A program made the position numbers and the translations under genes. Below are positions 17,198 to 26,779 of a stretch of DNA of 52,887 nt, one piece after another. Location of the stretch: positions 1 to 52,887 of IMG/VR virus record IMGVR_UViG_3300020596_000029; one strand, written 5' to 3'. The first letter of the stretch is position 1. Every line of letters begins with the position of its first letter. Below the pieces are notes generated by a model. That model saw only the letters and a list, made by a program, of their open reading frames with translations. It was not told the DNA's origin and ran no database searches. The stretch is from a virus. Its lineage: Duplodnaviria > Caudoviricetes.

Positions 17198-18118
17198 ATG
17201 GCTTTAATCACACGGGCCACAACTGCCAGCATGGATGCGTCCACTGGTATGTTTGCGCCGCAAATCACGGGGCTTGTCGCCGGAGAAGTGCTTGACGTAG
17301 CGTCCCCTTGCTACATCAAGACCAGCGACGGCAAAGTTTATATGTCAAACGCCACCGGCGCCAACGAAGCCGCCGAGGTAGCGGGCTTCAATGCGCGTGC
17401 TGTCGCCGCGGCAGACCAGCCGGTGACGCTCTTCGGAGTCGGCGCGCGTTTTAGCTATGGTACTAGCCTCACAATAGGCAATATCCTGTATGTTGGTGCC
17501 ACGGCGGGCCGGCTGGATACAGTCTCGACTACGGGCGACGCCTTTGGCATTGCACAAGTCATCACTGCCACAGATATTGTTATCCTTAACTGTATGCCGC
17601 GCTTGACCAGTGCCACAGTGGGCGCCAACACCATCACGACCACCGAACTGGCTGATGATGCGGTTGCCACGGCCAATATCTTGGACGCCAACGTGACGGC
17701 GGCCAAGCTCGAAGTAGGAGCGGCAACCGACGGTATTACCGGGTTACAAGTGCAATTCGCAGCCAATGTCAACGTGATTGGCGCAGTTCCGGTACTGCAC
17801 CGGGTGACTGTCGCCGATGGAGCTACAGCCGATGTCGATGTGGTACTGACTCACAAAACACTAATCATTGATGTTTGGTTGGTCAAGACTGCGGCGGCGG
17901 GTGGCGCGAGCGATACTATCACCGTCAAAAACAGTGCCACGGCGATTACCGACGCCATTGACATCAACGTGGCAGATAAGGTCGTCAAGCGCGCCGGCAC
18001 GATCGACGATGCACAGAACGCTATTGCTGCCGCCGGAACATTGCGCGTCACGCGAACGAAGGCATCCGCAAATAACGTCGCCTGTGAAGTTTATGTACTC
18101 GGTCTCCGGGTGGCATAG
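17198..18118 (+). CDS. Capsid decoration/cement protein with C-terminal extension
   Basis: Between scaffold and capsid genes. AGE.L...PCYI..DGKVY motif; Ala/Thr-rich. Confidence 0.6.
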   Translation: MALITRATTASMDASTGMFAPQITGLVAGEVLDVASPCYIKTSDGKVYMSNATGANEAAEVAGFNARAVAAADQPVTLFGVGARFSYGTSLTIGNILYVGATAGRLDTVSTTGDAFGIAQVITATDIVILNCMPRLTSATVGANTITTTELADDAVATANILDANVTAAKLEVGAATDGITGLQVQFAANVNVIGAVPVLHRVTVADGATADVDVVLTHKTLIIDVWLVKTAAAGGASDTITVKNSATAITDAIDINVADKVVKRAGTIDDAQNAIAAAGTLRVTRTKASANNVACEVYVLGLRVA

Positions 18119-18132
18119 GGAGATAACATAAT

Positions 18133-19188
18133 ATGACAACTGGAACACATGATATTAGTACCCTTCTGGCTTCACGCGATACAAGCGCAGCCGAGTTTGG
18201 GCTGAACAATATTCTGCCTATCATCAACGGGGAACTAGCGCGCCACAATGCCATTGTGACGACGCTCGTCAACGATTTGGCAACATTCACCACCGACCGC
18301 CAGCGAAAATACGGGATTTCCGTCGCGGGCGATATGCACGAAGTGGACGAGTACGGGCGCGCACCAACCCAAGTGTCAAAGCCTGGGGCAACGGTGGGTT
18401 TCCCGCTGAAAATGTTCCAATACGCGCTTGGCTGGACACGAAAATGGTTCGAACTGCATACGCCTGCGGATATGGTGATTGCGGTTCAAGGCGGTGAGCG
18501 CGCTCATTTACGCATGTATTCGCGAGAAATCAAGCGCGCGTTTCTGCTTTCCGGTAATTACACCTGGGACGATTTCCTGGTGGATGGCGTAGACCTGGCT
18601 GTCAAACGCTTGGTAAATGCTGACAGTGCACCAATCCCTGAAGGGCCAAACGGCGAAACGTTCACCGCATCCACGCACACGCACTATGTGGGAGAGGCAT
18701 CGTTGCTCGCGTCCTTTGTCACCGCAGAGATTTCCAACGTGCTTGAGCATGGGCATGGCAACATGATCAGGATTGCCATTTCCGCGACAGACGAAGCAGC
18801 GTTCCGTGCCTTGACAGGCTTCGTGGCCTACACAGACCCGCGTTTGACTATGTCAACCGCAGCCGACTCACTTTCGACACGGCTCGACATCACGCGCGCC
18901 AACAACCGAGCTATCGGTATCTTCGGGGCCGCTGAAGTGTGGGTCAAGTCGTGGATGCCTGCCAGTTACTTGTTCTTCTGGGACGCAGGCAGTGACAAGC
19001 CGCTTGTGATTCGCCAACGAACTAGCACATCGATGCAAGGCTTGCGTATCGCTGGCGCGCTTGACGCCTTCCCGCTCTATGCTGAATACATGGAATCAGA
19101 GTTCGGCGTAGGTGTGAATACGCGCACCAATGGTTCAGTGCTTTACACTGGAAATGCCACATATTCTGACCCTACGGTGACTAGCTGA
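18133..19188 (+). CDS. Major capsid protein
   Basis: 351 aa, expected position, strong RBS, C-terminal EFGVGV. Confidence 0.75.
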   Translation: MTTGTHDISTLLASRDTSAAEFGLNNILPIINGELARHNAIVTTLVNDLATFTTDRQRKYGISVAGDMHEVDEYGRAPTQVSKPGATVGFPLKMFQYALGWTRKWFELHTPADMVIAVQGGERAHLRMYSREIKRAFLLSGNYTWDDFLVDGVDLAVKRLVNADSAPIPEGPNGETFTASTHTHYVGEASLLASFVTAEISNVLEHGHGNMIRIAISATDEAAFRALTGFVAYTDPRLTMSTAADSLSTRLDITRANNRAIGIFGAAEVWVKSWMPASYLFFWDAGSDKPLVIRQRTSTSMQGLRIAGALDAFPLYAEYMESEFGVGVNTRTNGSVLYTGNATYSDPTVTS

Positions 19189-19273
19189 GTATAATATAGT
19201 TCCGTTATGACAATTTAGTTCACATAACACAAACGATGCAACGCGAGTTGCTTGCATAGAATAGGAATAGATC

Positions 19274-19657
19274 ATGGCAGAAACCGCAGAAGGCGGAGTC
19301 TATAGAAACGCATCAGGCGTCGGGTATCACGATGCCAACGGCAAGCCCGTTGAGGCGGGCAAGGTCAGCGAGGCAAAAGAGATGCAGCGCAAAGAGTCGC
19401 AAACCAAAATGGCGACCTTGACACCGATTCCTTCGCAGTCCAGCGAGGCATTGGCTGCCGCCATGCGTAGTTTGCTTGTGCCGCAACAGCCAACAAGCGC
19501 GCCTAATACCAACAATGCGCCTGAAACCAACGCGGACACAGGCGACTTGACGCCTGAAACCAACGCGGACACAGGCGACTTGACGCCTGAAACCAACGCG
19601 GACACAGGCGACTTGACGCCTGAAACCGAACGGCGTGCGCGTAATCGACAGGGTTAA
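19274..19657 (+). CDS. Hypothetical protein with TPETNADTGDL repeats
   Basis: AGGA RBS; directly after the capsid gene. Confidence 0.6.
   Translation: MAETAEGGVYRNASGVGYHDANGKPVEAGKVSEAKEMQRKESQTKMATLTPIPSQSSEALAAAMRSLLVPQQPTSAPNTNNAPETNADTGDLTPETNADTGDLTPETNADTGDLTPETERRARNRQG
19518..19627 (+). repeat. 33-bp tandem repeat, about 3.3 copies
   Basis: Unit CGCCTGAAACCAACGCGGACACAGGCGACTTGA, no spacers. Confidence 0.95.
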
Positions 19658-19659
19658 TC

Positions 19660-20133
19660 ATGTACGGCGACCTGGATGGCGTGAGCGCACTACTGCCGAG
19701 CATTGGCGAATACTCGTCTACCTCGACACCGACTGAGGCGCAGGTCTATACATGGCTAGATGAGGCCAGCGCACTGATTAATGGTGCGCTGGCTGGTGCT
19801 GGCTATAGCATTACCGTTGCTGGAGATGCCTTGATTCTGCCTGTTCTAAGCGGCATGACGCAGCTCTATGCCGCGGCGAATGTGTTGCAGGCACGCGGCT
19901 TGGATAGCACCAGCGGCGGCGACGAAAACAAGAGTGAGCTAATGTTTAGACGCTTCTACGCTCAACTCAAGTTATTCGGCGGTGGCAACCTGGACTTGCT
20001 CGGCGTGACCGTGTTGGCTTCGGTGGCGAGTGCCAATAGCCGTCGTATGCGCACGCGACAAACGCGGCGCATTGATGGCTACAGCGCGACCTACGAAGGC
20101 AGCGCGACAGCTTATGAGTATCCAAGCGAATGA
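19660..20133 (+). CDS. Head-tail adaptor
   Basis: Position; MYGDLDGV..ASALING.L..AGY pattern. Confidence 0.65.
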   Translation: MYGDLDGVSALLPSIGEYSSTSTPTEAQVYTWLDEASALINGALAGAGYSITVAGDALILPVLSGMTQLYAAANVLQARGLDSTSGGDENKSELMFRRFYAQLKLFGGGNLDLLGVTVLASVASANSRRMRTRQTRRIDGYSATYEGSATAYEYPSE

Positions 20134-20600
20134 CATCCGTTACCGACGTTGCAACCCAACTCAAAGCGATTCTTGCCGTGCTTGCCGATGTGGACGAAAG
20201 CAGCCTGAGCAGCTATACGCCTGCCATCAAGACGCAAAAGATTGCGCTGCTGATTGTGCCGTTTGAACAAAGCGGCATGATGAGCTACGCCGGAACAGGC
20301 AAGCATAGCCTTGTTCACGCTCATCGCATCTCTTGCGAGTTTTGGGTAAAAGTCGATACGGGCAACGTGGCCGCGGCGGTGGAGCGTGGGCGTGACATCT
20401 GCTTGCAGGCCATGCGTCTGATTGCCGCCAACCCCACGCTCAACGGCTCGGTGCTGCAAGTCGGCTCATCGCTGTTGGGTAATCAAGGGCGCATCGGGGA
20501 GTACAACATTCTCCCTCGCTATGAAGAACGGGGACAAATCCCCTATATCATCGCCCGGCTTTTTGTGCCTGTTGAACTTAGAGAGACAGCCGCCTGGTAG
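20130..20600 (+). CDS. Tail terminator/completion protein
   Basis: Position before the tail tube gene; NPTLNGSV motif. Confidence 0.6.
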   Translation: MTSVTDVATQLKAILAVLADVDESSLSSYTPAIKTQKIALLIVPFEQSGMMSYAGTGKHSLVHAHRISCEFWVKVDTGNVAAAVERGRDICLQAMRLIAANPTLNGSVLQVGSSLLGNQGRIGEYNILPRYEERGQIPYIIARLFVPVELRETAAW

Positions 20601-20619
20601 CAGGCGCAGGAGATAAGCA

Positions 20620-21984
20620 ATGGCTTCAACAAACGAACGCGCGAGCGTATTTCAAACTGTAAAGATTGCCGTTGAAACGACAGCGGGGACACCGCCTAGT
20701 AGCGGCTACAAAAAGTTAACCGCGCTCGGCTTTAGTCCCACCATCAACGCGACCGTTCAATCATTCCGTCCTGCGGGGCAGAAGTACACGACTGTCACCG
20801 CGCTAAATCGCGAAGATACAACTTGGTCATTGGACGGCTTGCCGACTTACACCGAAATTGTCTACCCGCTCAGTAGCGTGTTGACGGAAGCATTGATAAC
20901 CGCGGCGTCTGGCACCACAAGCGCGGCGGCGGGTAGTCGCCTGATGGGTGCAGACGGCACACATTGGTTCTTCAAGCCAAGTGCGGTGGATGCAGACGCG
21001 CCTGTATCGTTCACCGCTTACAAAGGCGGTATCACCGCCGCCGAGCGTGCGTCGTTCCTGCGCGTGGGTGACTTAACCATCACCTACAATCGCAGCGATT
21101 CCAGCTTGAGCGGCTCGGCTATGTCGCGCCAGTTGGAAATAGATCAGGCCATGCCGGGCAATGAAGTGCAGCAAATCGCGGTCAACGCCACGGGTGGCAC
21201 TTATACCGTTAGCTACGCCGGGCAGACTACCAGCGCGATTGCTTACAACGCAAGCGCGGCTACCCTTCTCGCGGCACTTGAGGCATTGAGCAACATTCCG
21301 AACGGTTCTCTGCGTGTGACGCAGACTGTCGCGGTGAGTCCTGCCTTTACCTACACAATCGAGTTCGGCGGGTCACTTGGCGAAACCAACGTTGCTGCGG
21401 TGACAACGGGTGTGGGCAGCTTGACGGGTGGCACGGCTGCCGCGGTGGTGACGACCGTTACCGGGGGCGCAGCCGTTAGCTCGATTGCGCTTGTGCCGAT
21501 TCTGCCTACACAGGTCAGTATCTATGCCTTTGCCACTGCGCCTGCGAGTATTAGCGATACGACAAACGAGACAAGCACCTACCGTCTCAGTGACGTGATG
21601 GAAGCGGTGTTCAGCGTGTCGAGTCGTTACGGCCCGTACTATACGTTGGACGCCTCACAAAGCAGCTTTGGGGCAATGGTGGAAACGCCGCCCACCATGC
21701 AACTCACCACGAAAATGCAAGCCAATACCGAAGGCTTGGCTTATCTGACCACGCTTCGCAATGGCGGCACGGTCTACTTCCGCATCAAAGCGGTGGGCGC
21801 AACCATCTCAAGCGCAGAAGAATACGAGTACGTAATGGACTTTGCGGGCAAGGTAAGCGCAGCCAGCGAACTCGCCGACAGTGATGGTGTTTACGCCGTT
21901 ACCTGGACATGGGACGCCGTGCCGACTTTGACGGGTGGCGGGCCTTTGGAAATTGCCGTTGTCAACAATGTTACCGCTTTGTAA
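20620..21984 (+). CDS. Major tail tube protein with inserted domain
   Basis: KIAVETTAGT start; internal NEVQ..GGTYTVSY..AIAYNASA..ALEAL insertion. Confidence 0.8.
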   Translation: MASTNERASVFQTVKIAVETTAGTPPSSGYKKLTALGFSPTINATVQSFRPAGQKYTTVTALNREDTTWSLDGLPTYTEIVYPLSSVLTEALITAASGTTSAAAGSRLMGADGTHWFFKPSAVDADAPVSFTAYKGGITAAERASFLRVGDLTITYNRSDSSLSGSAMSRQLEIDQAMPGNEVQQIAVNATGGTYTVSYAGQTTSAIAYNASAATLLAALEALSNIPNGSLRVTQTVAVSPAFTYTIEFGGSLGETNVAAVTTGVGSLTGGTAAAVVTTVTGGAAVSSIALVPILPTQVSIYAFATAPASISDTTNETSTYRLSDVMEAVFSVSSRYGPYYTLDASQSSFGAMVETPPTMQLTTKMQANTEGLAYLTTLRNGGTVYFRIKAVGATISSAEEYEYVMDFAGKVSAASELADSDGVYAVTWTWDAVPTLTGGGPLEIAVVNNVTAL

Positions 21985-21993
21985 GGAGAAATT

Positions 21994-22446
21994 ATGCCAG
22001 TTGAACTAAGTGATCTGCTCAGTAACAAGCGATGGATCGGGGTAGAAATGGGGGGGCATGTAATTAGCGTGGCCTATAGGCCCGGAGCTACCAGCTTGCG
22101 CCGTCAGGCAGAATTACAGCGGCAAATGCGCCAATTGCAAGCCGCCGAGAACGTAGACGAAGTCGTGATCGTGGACAGCGTAGCGAGTGTTTTCTGTGAA
22201 ATTGTCTGCGATTGGGATTTGACCGAGAACGGGAGATCCCTGCCCGTCAACGCCGAATCGGTGGGCAACCTTCCCGGAATTATCTACAACGCCATCATGG
22301 ATGCCATTAACAGCGATGGCAAAACGCAGGATGACGAAAAAAAACGATTGAACGCGACCTCCGTCGCTGGCTTACCACACGAGGTCAAACAGGTTCCTGC
22401 CCTGAATGGTATCCCCTTCTCCGAGCCGCGCGGTACTTGGGCGTAG
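21994..22446 (+). CDS. Tail assembly chaperone (gpG-like)
   Basis: Between tube and tape measure genes; VCDWDL motif. Confidence 0.8.
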   Translation: MPVELSDLLSNKRWIGVEMGGHVISVAYRPGATSLRRQAELQRQMRQLQAAENVDEVVIVDSVASVFCEIVCDWDLTENGRSLPVNAESVGNLPGIIYNAIMDAINSDGKTQDDEKKRLNATSVAGLPHEVKQVPALNGIPFSEPRGTWA

Positions 22447-22550
22447 CACCGTGGGAGATGCCCGACCAATCATCCGCATGGATGGAGTGGGCATTGATTG
22501 CCGAGAATGTTGAAACTGAAAGCAGCGGCAATCGTTCCGGTGTCACGTAA
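22336..22550 (+). other. -1 programmed frameshift site A-AAA-AAA (22338-22344) and gpGT extension
   Basis: The -1 frame reads TIERDLRRWL..WYPLLRAARYLGVAPWEM..WMEWAL.. to TAA at 22548-22550. Confidence 0.8.
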
Positions 22551-22790
22551 TCAGTCAGCAAATCGTCCACTGGTATCGCGTTTATGCCAGATTATTGGAT
22601 GTTTGCAGATGGGACACATCTTCCTAAAGGGCCAAACGAAGGCGCGCTTGAACATGTCGACCCAAAGGCGAAAAGGCGAAACAAGACAGCCACGCATGGA
22701 AGATTCGGTGCATCGTGAACAATCTCGGCATTTTTGTTTTGGTGCCATTGTGGGGGGTCCTTTGATGGGCATTGAATATCGCGTTTTCAT
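22551..22790 (-). CDS. Small Cys-rich moron protein, antisense within the tail operon
   Basis: CRDCSRC and CPICKH motifs; fills the gap between chaperone and tape measure genes. Confidence 0.5.
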   Translation of the reverse strand: MKTRYSMPIKGPPTMAPKQKCRDCSRCTESSMRGCLVSPFRLWVDMFKRAFVWPFRKMCPICKHPIIWHKRDTSGRFAD

Positions 22791-22820
22791 TGTAACAAAA
22801 GCCGAACGGAACGCAACCCA

Positions 22821-25800
22821 ATGCCAGATGTAAATATCCTAATCAACGCGACAGATAAAGCATCTGGGCCGCTAAAGTCAGTCGGCGGTGAAGTTGACAA
22901 CCTCAACAACAAAGCCAAAAACGCCGCGAGTAGTGGCCTAGCATCGCTTGCGGGTGCGCTCGGCACTGCAATTGCTGTGGGTGCGGCGACAGGCGTTGTG
23001 GCGCTGGTAGGGCTTGGCGGCGCTGTAGCTGTAACGGGCATTGCATTCGACAACATGAAAGAGCAAGCCCAGATTGCCTTCACAACGATGCTGGGCAGTG
23101 GCGCGCAAGCCAAAGCTTTTCTTGATGATTTGCAGAAATTTGCCGCCAAAACCCCGTTTGAATTCCCAGAATTAGTATCAGCCTCGCAACGCATGTTAGC
23201 GATGGGCTTTGCGGCTGAGGACGTGCTGCCTACCCTGACGGCGATTGGTGACGCCGTGGCGGGGCTTGGTGGCTCAAGCGAAATGGTGGGGCGTGTCACA
23301 ACTGCCCTGGGCCAAATGCAAGCAAAAGGCAAAGCGTCCGGTGAGGAAATGATGCAACTTACCGAGGCGGGTATTCCTGCCTGGAAGTTTTTAGCCGACG
23401 CCATTGGCACCAACGTTGCCGGGGCAATGAAAGCCGTCACGGCGGGGACAGTCAGTGCTGACGTTGCCATTGGCGCATTGGTCGCGGGCATGAACGCCAA
23501 GTTTGGTGGCTTGATGGAAGCGCAGTCCAAAACTTTTGGTGGAATGTTGTCAACCATCAAAGACACATTTAGCCAGGTAAGCGGCCAGGTAATGCAGCCG
23601 CTCTTCGAGCAACTCACGCGCGGACTTGCAATGGTTGTTTCGTGGACAAGCAGCCCCGCGTTTACCTCTGGCGTAGCAGCACTTGTGGGGTGGATGGAAA
23701 AGGCGGGCGTGGCGGCAGAGCGGTTTTTCGATCATATTAGTGCAGGGCTTTCGCCTATCGACGCGCTCAGTAACGCTTTTGCGCTTGTGCTGCCTGATAG
23801 TTTATTTGCTATCTGGTGGAGATTTACCGAGATTCTTAAAGGCACTACGCGCTTTGTTCAAAGCTTGTTCGGCGAAGTCAAACGTTTTGAAGATGACTCG
23901 CCGATGATGGGCTATTTACTCGACCTGGGCGACCGCGTCCGTGAGGTGTTTGGTTACTTCGTGGATTGGCTCGGGCGAGCGGCCAAAGCGACATGGGATT
24001 ATGCCCAGCGCGTGTTACCTCCCTTCATCGAGGTTCTGGTCAAAGTGTGGGACGGCTTAGTTTTTGGTGCCGACATGATTGGAAAATTCATCGCCTCGCT
24101 CGCGAAAACTTTTATGCCTGTTAGCGCAGCTATAGCCAAATTCGGCGGCTTTGAGGACATCTTGAACGCGGTGGTAGCGGTGCTTGGCTACTTCGTGTTG
24201 ACAGCCATCCCGCCGCTGATTGCGGGCCTTGTCTCGTTCCTGGCACCCATCGCGGGCGTGATTGCAGCGGTGACGGCCTTGCGCTGGGCGTGGGAAAACG
24301 ACTTTGGGCGGATACGCTCCTACACACAGGAGACGGTCAAGAGAATTTCAGACTGGTTTTTCAAAGAGTCTGGCATCTGGAAAGGCACCTGGGAGGAAAC
24401 AGTCGAGTATATCACCTGGTACGTGGAGCGCGGCTGGAAGATCGACCTGTTCAATGCCACGGTGGGCAACTGGGCAAACATTCGTGAAAAATTGAAATTC
24501 CACTGGCGGATAATGCGCGACACGCTGATCGCGTGGACGAATGAAACCATACAGGACATTGTAGGATGGAAAGACAGAACAGTCCACGCTTTTTTTGAGT
24601 TGGGAAGGAATATTTCAGACGCTTGGAGAGACTGGACAGGGCCGACAGTTCATGATCTTGAAGTATGGGCCGTCGTAACGCAGTCGAGAATTAAGCATTG
24701 GATTGATTGGGGAATCAAGTATTTTAATGATTTCAAGACTGACGCCGTTGCGGTGTTTGACGCTGTCCTGGGCTGGTGGGATGACAACATTCAGCCGTGG
24801 CTAGACGCGGGGCGCGATGTAATTCAGGGGCTTTGGGACGGCATACGCGACAAGTGGACTGACCTCTCGTCTTGGTTTAGCGGCGTTTGGGGTGACTTGT
24901 CCGACCGCTTCAAACGCTTTTTTGGCATCGCATCGCCATCAACTGTCTTTTACGGATACGGTAAAAACTTGATGGAAGGTTTGGGCGAGGGCATCCGCGC
25001 CTACGCCAGCGTGCCGATTTCGTACATGGAAAGCGTAAGCAATAGCTTGACATCGCAGATGGATCGGCTTAAAGGCGCGGTGGTGCAGAATGTATTTGAC
25101 CTCAAAAACGCCGTCAAACAATTTAACCTTGACCCGGCAACCGTGCCTGTGTCGTGGGGTGGCACCTTGCAGCCTGGGCAGGGTATCAATAATCTGCCCA
25201 TCCACACCAACCCCACCGCCATCACCCCTGTTGTGTCAACAACGCCCATCAGCACCATCGGCAGTGCCGTGGGTGGCAATCTTGCCACAACGGGCAGCAG
25301 CCAAAACCTATTGGGTGGCATCAGCGTAGGCAGCGCCAACATTCAGGGCGCGGTCGATAGTGCGGCGGCGTCTGCCAACAAAGTCAAGGATTTCATCGCG
25401 GGCCTGGGCGACTTCCTCATGGCGACGGTAGACAACCGCACCATGTCCAGAGTATTTCAAACGCTTGACGCTAATCTGACAGGCATCAACGATTTGCGTG
25501 CAGCGGATGCCAGTATCGGCCAAACAATGGCAAGCATCCTGGGCGTTGACACGCTGTATGGGCGACTGACTGACAGCGTTCAATTGGTGATGGATAAAAT
25601 CACGGCGGGTACCGACATCAACAAAGTCAAAGAACTTTTGCAGTCGGCTGTTACATTTCGTGAGTTAGCCAACTTCCATTCCACCACCGACTACGCCAAC
25701 GTACTTCCGACCGATACGCGGCTGACAGGTGGCACGGCAAGCGCGCCGGGTACGGTCAATAACTTCAACATCAACCTCGCGAGTGGGGCCAGCGCGAGTG

Positions 25801-25859
25801 ACGATCTGCGTAGTACGTTTAATTTGCTCAATAGCCTGTACGGAACGGCACCCGCATGA
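22821..25859 (+). CDS. Tape measure protein
   Basis: 1012 aa. FAAKTPFEF, ALGQMQAKGK, GIASPS motifs; Trp-periodic helical region. Confidence 0.95.
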   Translation: MPDVNILINATDKASGPLKSVGGEVDNLNNKAKNAASSGLASLAGALGTAIAVGAATGVVALVGLGGAVAVTGIAFDNMKEQAQIAFTTMLGSGAQAKAFLDDLQKFAAKTPFEFPELVSASQRMLAMGFAAEDVLPTLTAIGDAVAGLGGSSEMVGRVTTALGQMQAKGKASGEEMMQLTEAGIPAWKFLADAIGTNVAGAMKAVTAGTVSADVAIGALVAGMNAKFGGLMEAQSKTFGGMLSTIKDTFSQVSGQVMQPLFEQLTRGLAMVVSWTSSPAFTSGVAALVGWMEKAGVAAERFFDHISAGLSPIDALSNAFALVLPDSLFAIWWRFTEILKGTTRFVQSLFGEVKRFEDDSPMMGYLLDLGDRVREVFGYFVDWLGRAAKATWDYAQRVLPPFIEVLVKVWDGLVFGADMIGKFIASLAKTFMPVSAAIAKFGGFEDILNAVVAVLGYFVLTAIPPLIAGLVSFLAPIAGVIAAVTALRWAWENDFGRIRSYTQETVKRISDWFFKESGIWKGTWEETVEYITWYVERGWKIDLFNATVGNWANIREKLKFHWRIMRDTLIAWTNETIQDIVGWKDRTVHAFFELGRNISDAWRDWTGPTVHDLEVWAVVTQSRIKHWIDWGIKYFNDFKTDAVAVFDAVLGWWDDNIQPWLDAGRDVIQGLWDGIRDKWTDLSSWFSGVWGDLSDRFKRFFGIASPSTVFYGYGKNLMEGLGEGIRAYASVPISYMESVSNSLTSQMDRLKGAVVQNVFDLKNAVKQFNLDPATVPVSWGGTLQPGQGINNLPIHTNPTAITPVVSTTPISTIGSAVGGNLATTGSSQNLLGGISVGSANIQGAVDSAAASANKVKDFIAGLGDFLMATVDNRTMSRVFQTLDANLTGINDLRAADASIGQTMASILGVDTLYGRLTDSVQLVMDKITAGTDINKVKELLQSAVTFRELANFHSTTDYANVLPTDTRLTGGTASAPGTVNNFNINLASGASASDDLRSTFNLLNSLYGTAPA

Positions 25860-26770
25860 GTTACACCGTAGAGATTATCCGCGGCAGCACAACATACAAT
25901 CTGTCGAATGGCGCGCCCTATTGGTCGCTGACGTTGACGGGCATTGGATTACCCCCCATTCGCCTCATCAAAGAGCGCGGGCCACAGCAGCACGGCTCCA
26001 CCGTGGTAGGTCATCTTCTTGATGAGCGACTCATCAATTTGGCACTGCTCATCAAGGTGGCTACCGAGGCACTTTCCGACCAAGCCCGCGACGACCTAGC
26101 GGAAATACTCAAGCCAGTTGACGACTTGCCGTGCAAGATACGCATCACGCGCGAGGATGGTACGCAGCGGCAAATCGACGCCTATACCGTAGGCACGGTG
26201 GACTTCCCCAACACGCAACAAGACCGCTTTGCCGGAACGCAAATGGTGATCGCTCAGTTTGAGGCACCTGACCCCATCCCGTATAACCCGGCGCTGAACA
26301 ACATTGTCTTTACGGTGGTTAGCGGCGGCGCGGCCCCTGGCGGCTACACGGTTCCGCTGTTTATCCCGATGATTTACGCCGTGGGCAGCAGCATAAACGA
26401 CGTAGAGAATCTTGTCTATGTAGGAAAAAGGGAAACATTTCCCATTATCTTTGTGACTGGCCCCGCTGTCAGTTTGGTGATCACCAACGAAACAACAGAC
26501 CAAATACTAGATTTCACAGGTCATACCATCGCGGCGGGCGTCACCTATGCCATTGATTTGCGTTACGGCTACAAAACTATCACAGACCATCTTGGTGTGC
26601 GGCAAAATGCTGCGCTGACTGATGCGAGCGACCTGGTGACATGGAGCATTGTACCAACGCCCACCGCGCCAGGTGGCGTGAATGACATACGAGTTAACGT
26701 GCCTTCCGGCGCAACCGTAGACACAAAAATACGCGTAGAATACTATGATAGATACCCATCGTTGGGATAA
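25856..26770 (+). CDS. Distal tail protein (Dit)
   Basis: Follows tape measure. G.G.PP, APDP, PII.VTGP motifs. Confidence 0.8.
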   Translation: MSYTVEIIRGSTTYNLSNGAPYWSLTLTGIGLPPIRLIKERGPQQHGSTVVGHLLDERLINLALLIKVATEALSDQARDDLAEILKPVDDLPCKIRITREDGTQRQIDAYTVGTVDFPNTQQDRFAGTQMVIAQFEAPDPIPYNPALNNIVFTVVSGGAAPGGYTVPLFIPMIYAVGSSINDVENLVYVGKRETFPIIFVTGPAVSLVITNETTDQILDFTGHTIAAGVTYAIDLRYGYKTITDHLGVRQNAALTDASDLVTWSIVPTPTAPGGVNDIRVNVPSGATVDTKIRVEYYDRYPSLG

Positions 26771-26779
26771 GAGGCAATT

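Noticed and set aside
19518-19627. CRISPR-like 33-bp repeats
   Set aside because: Head-to-tail copies with no spacers, in frame within a CDS, and no cas genes.
22787-23617. 276-aa minus-strand ORF
   Set aside because: Antisense shadow of the tape measure gene.
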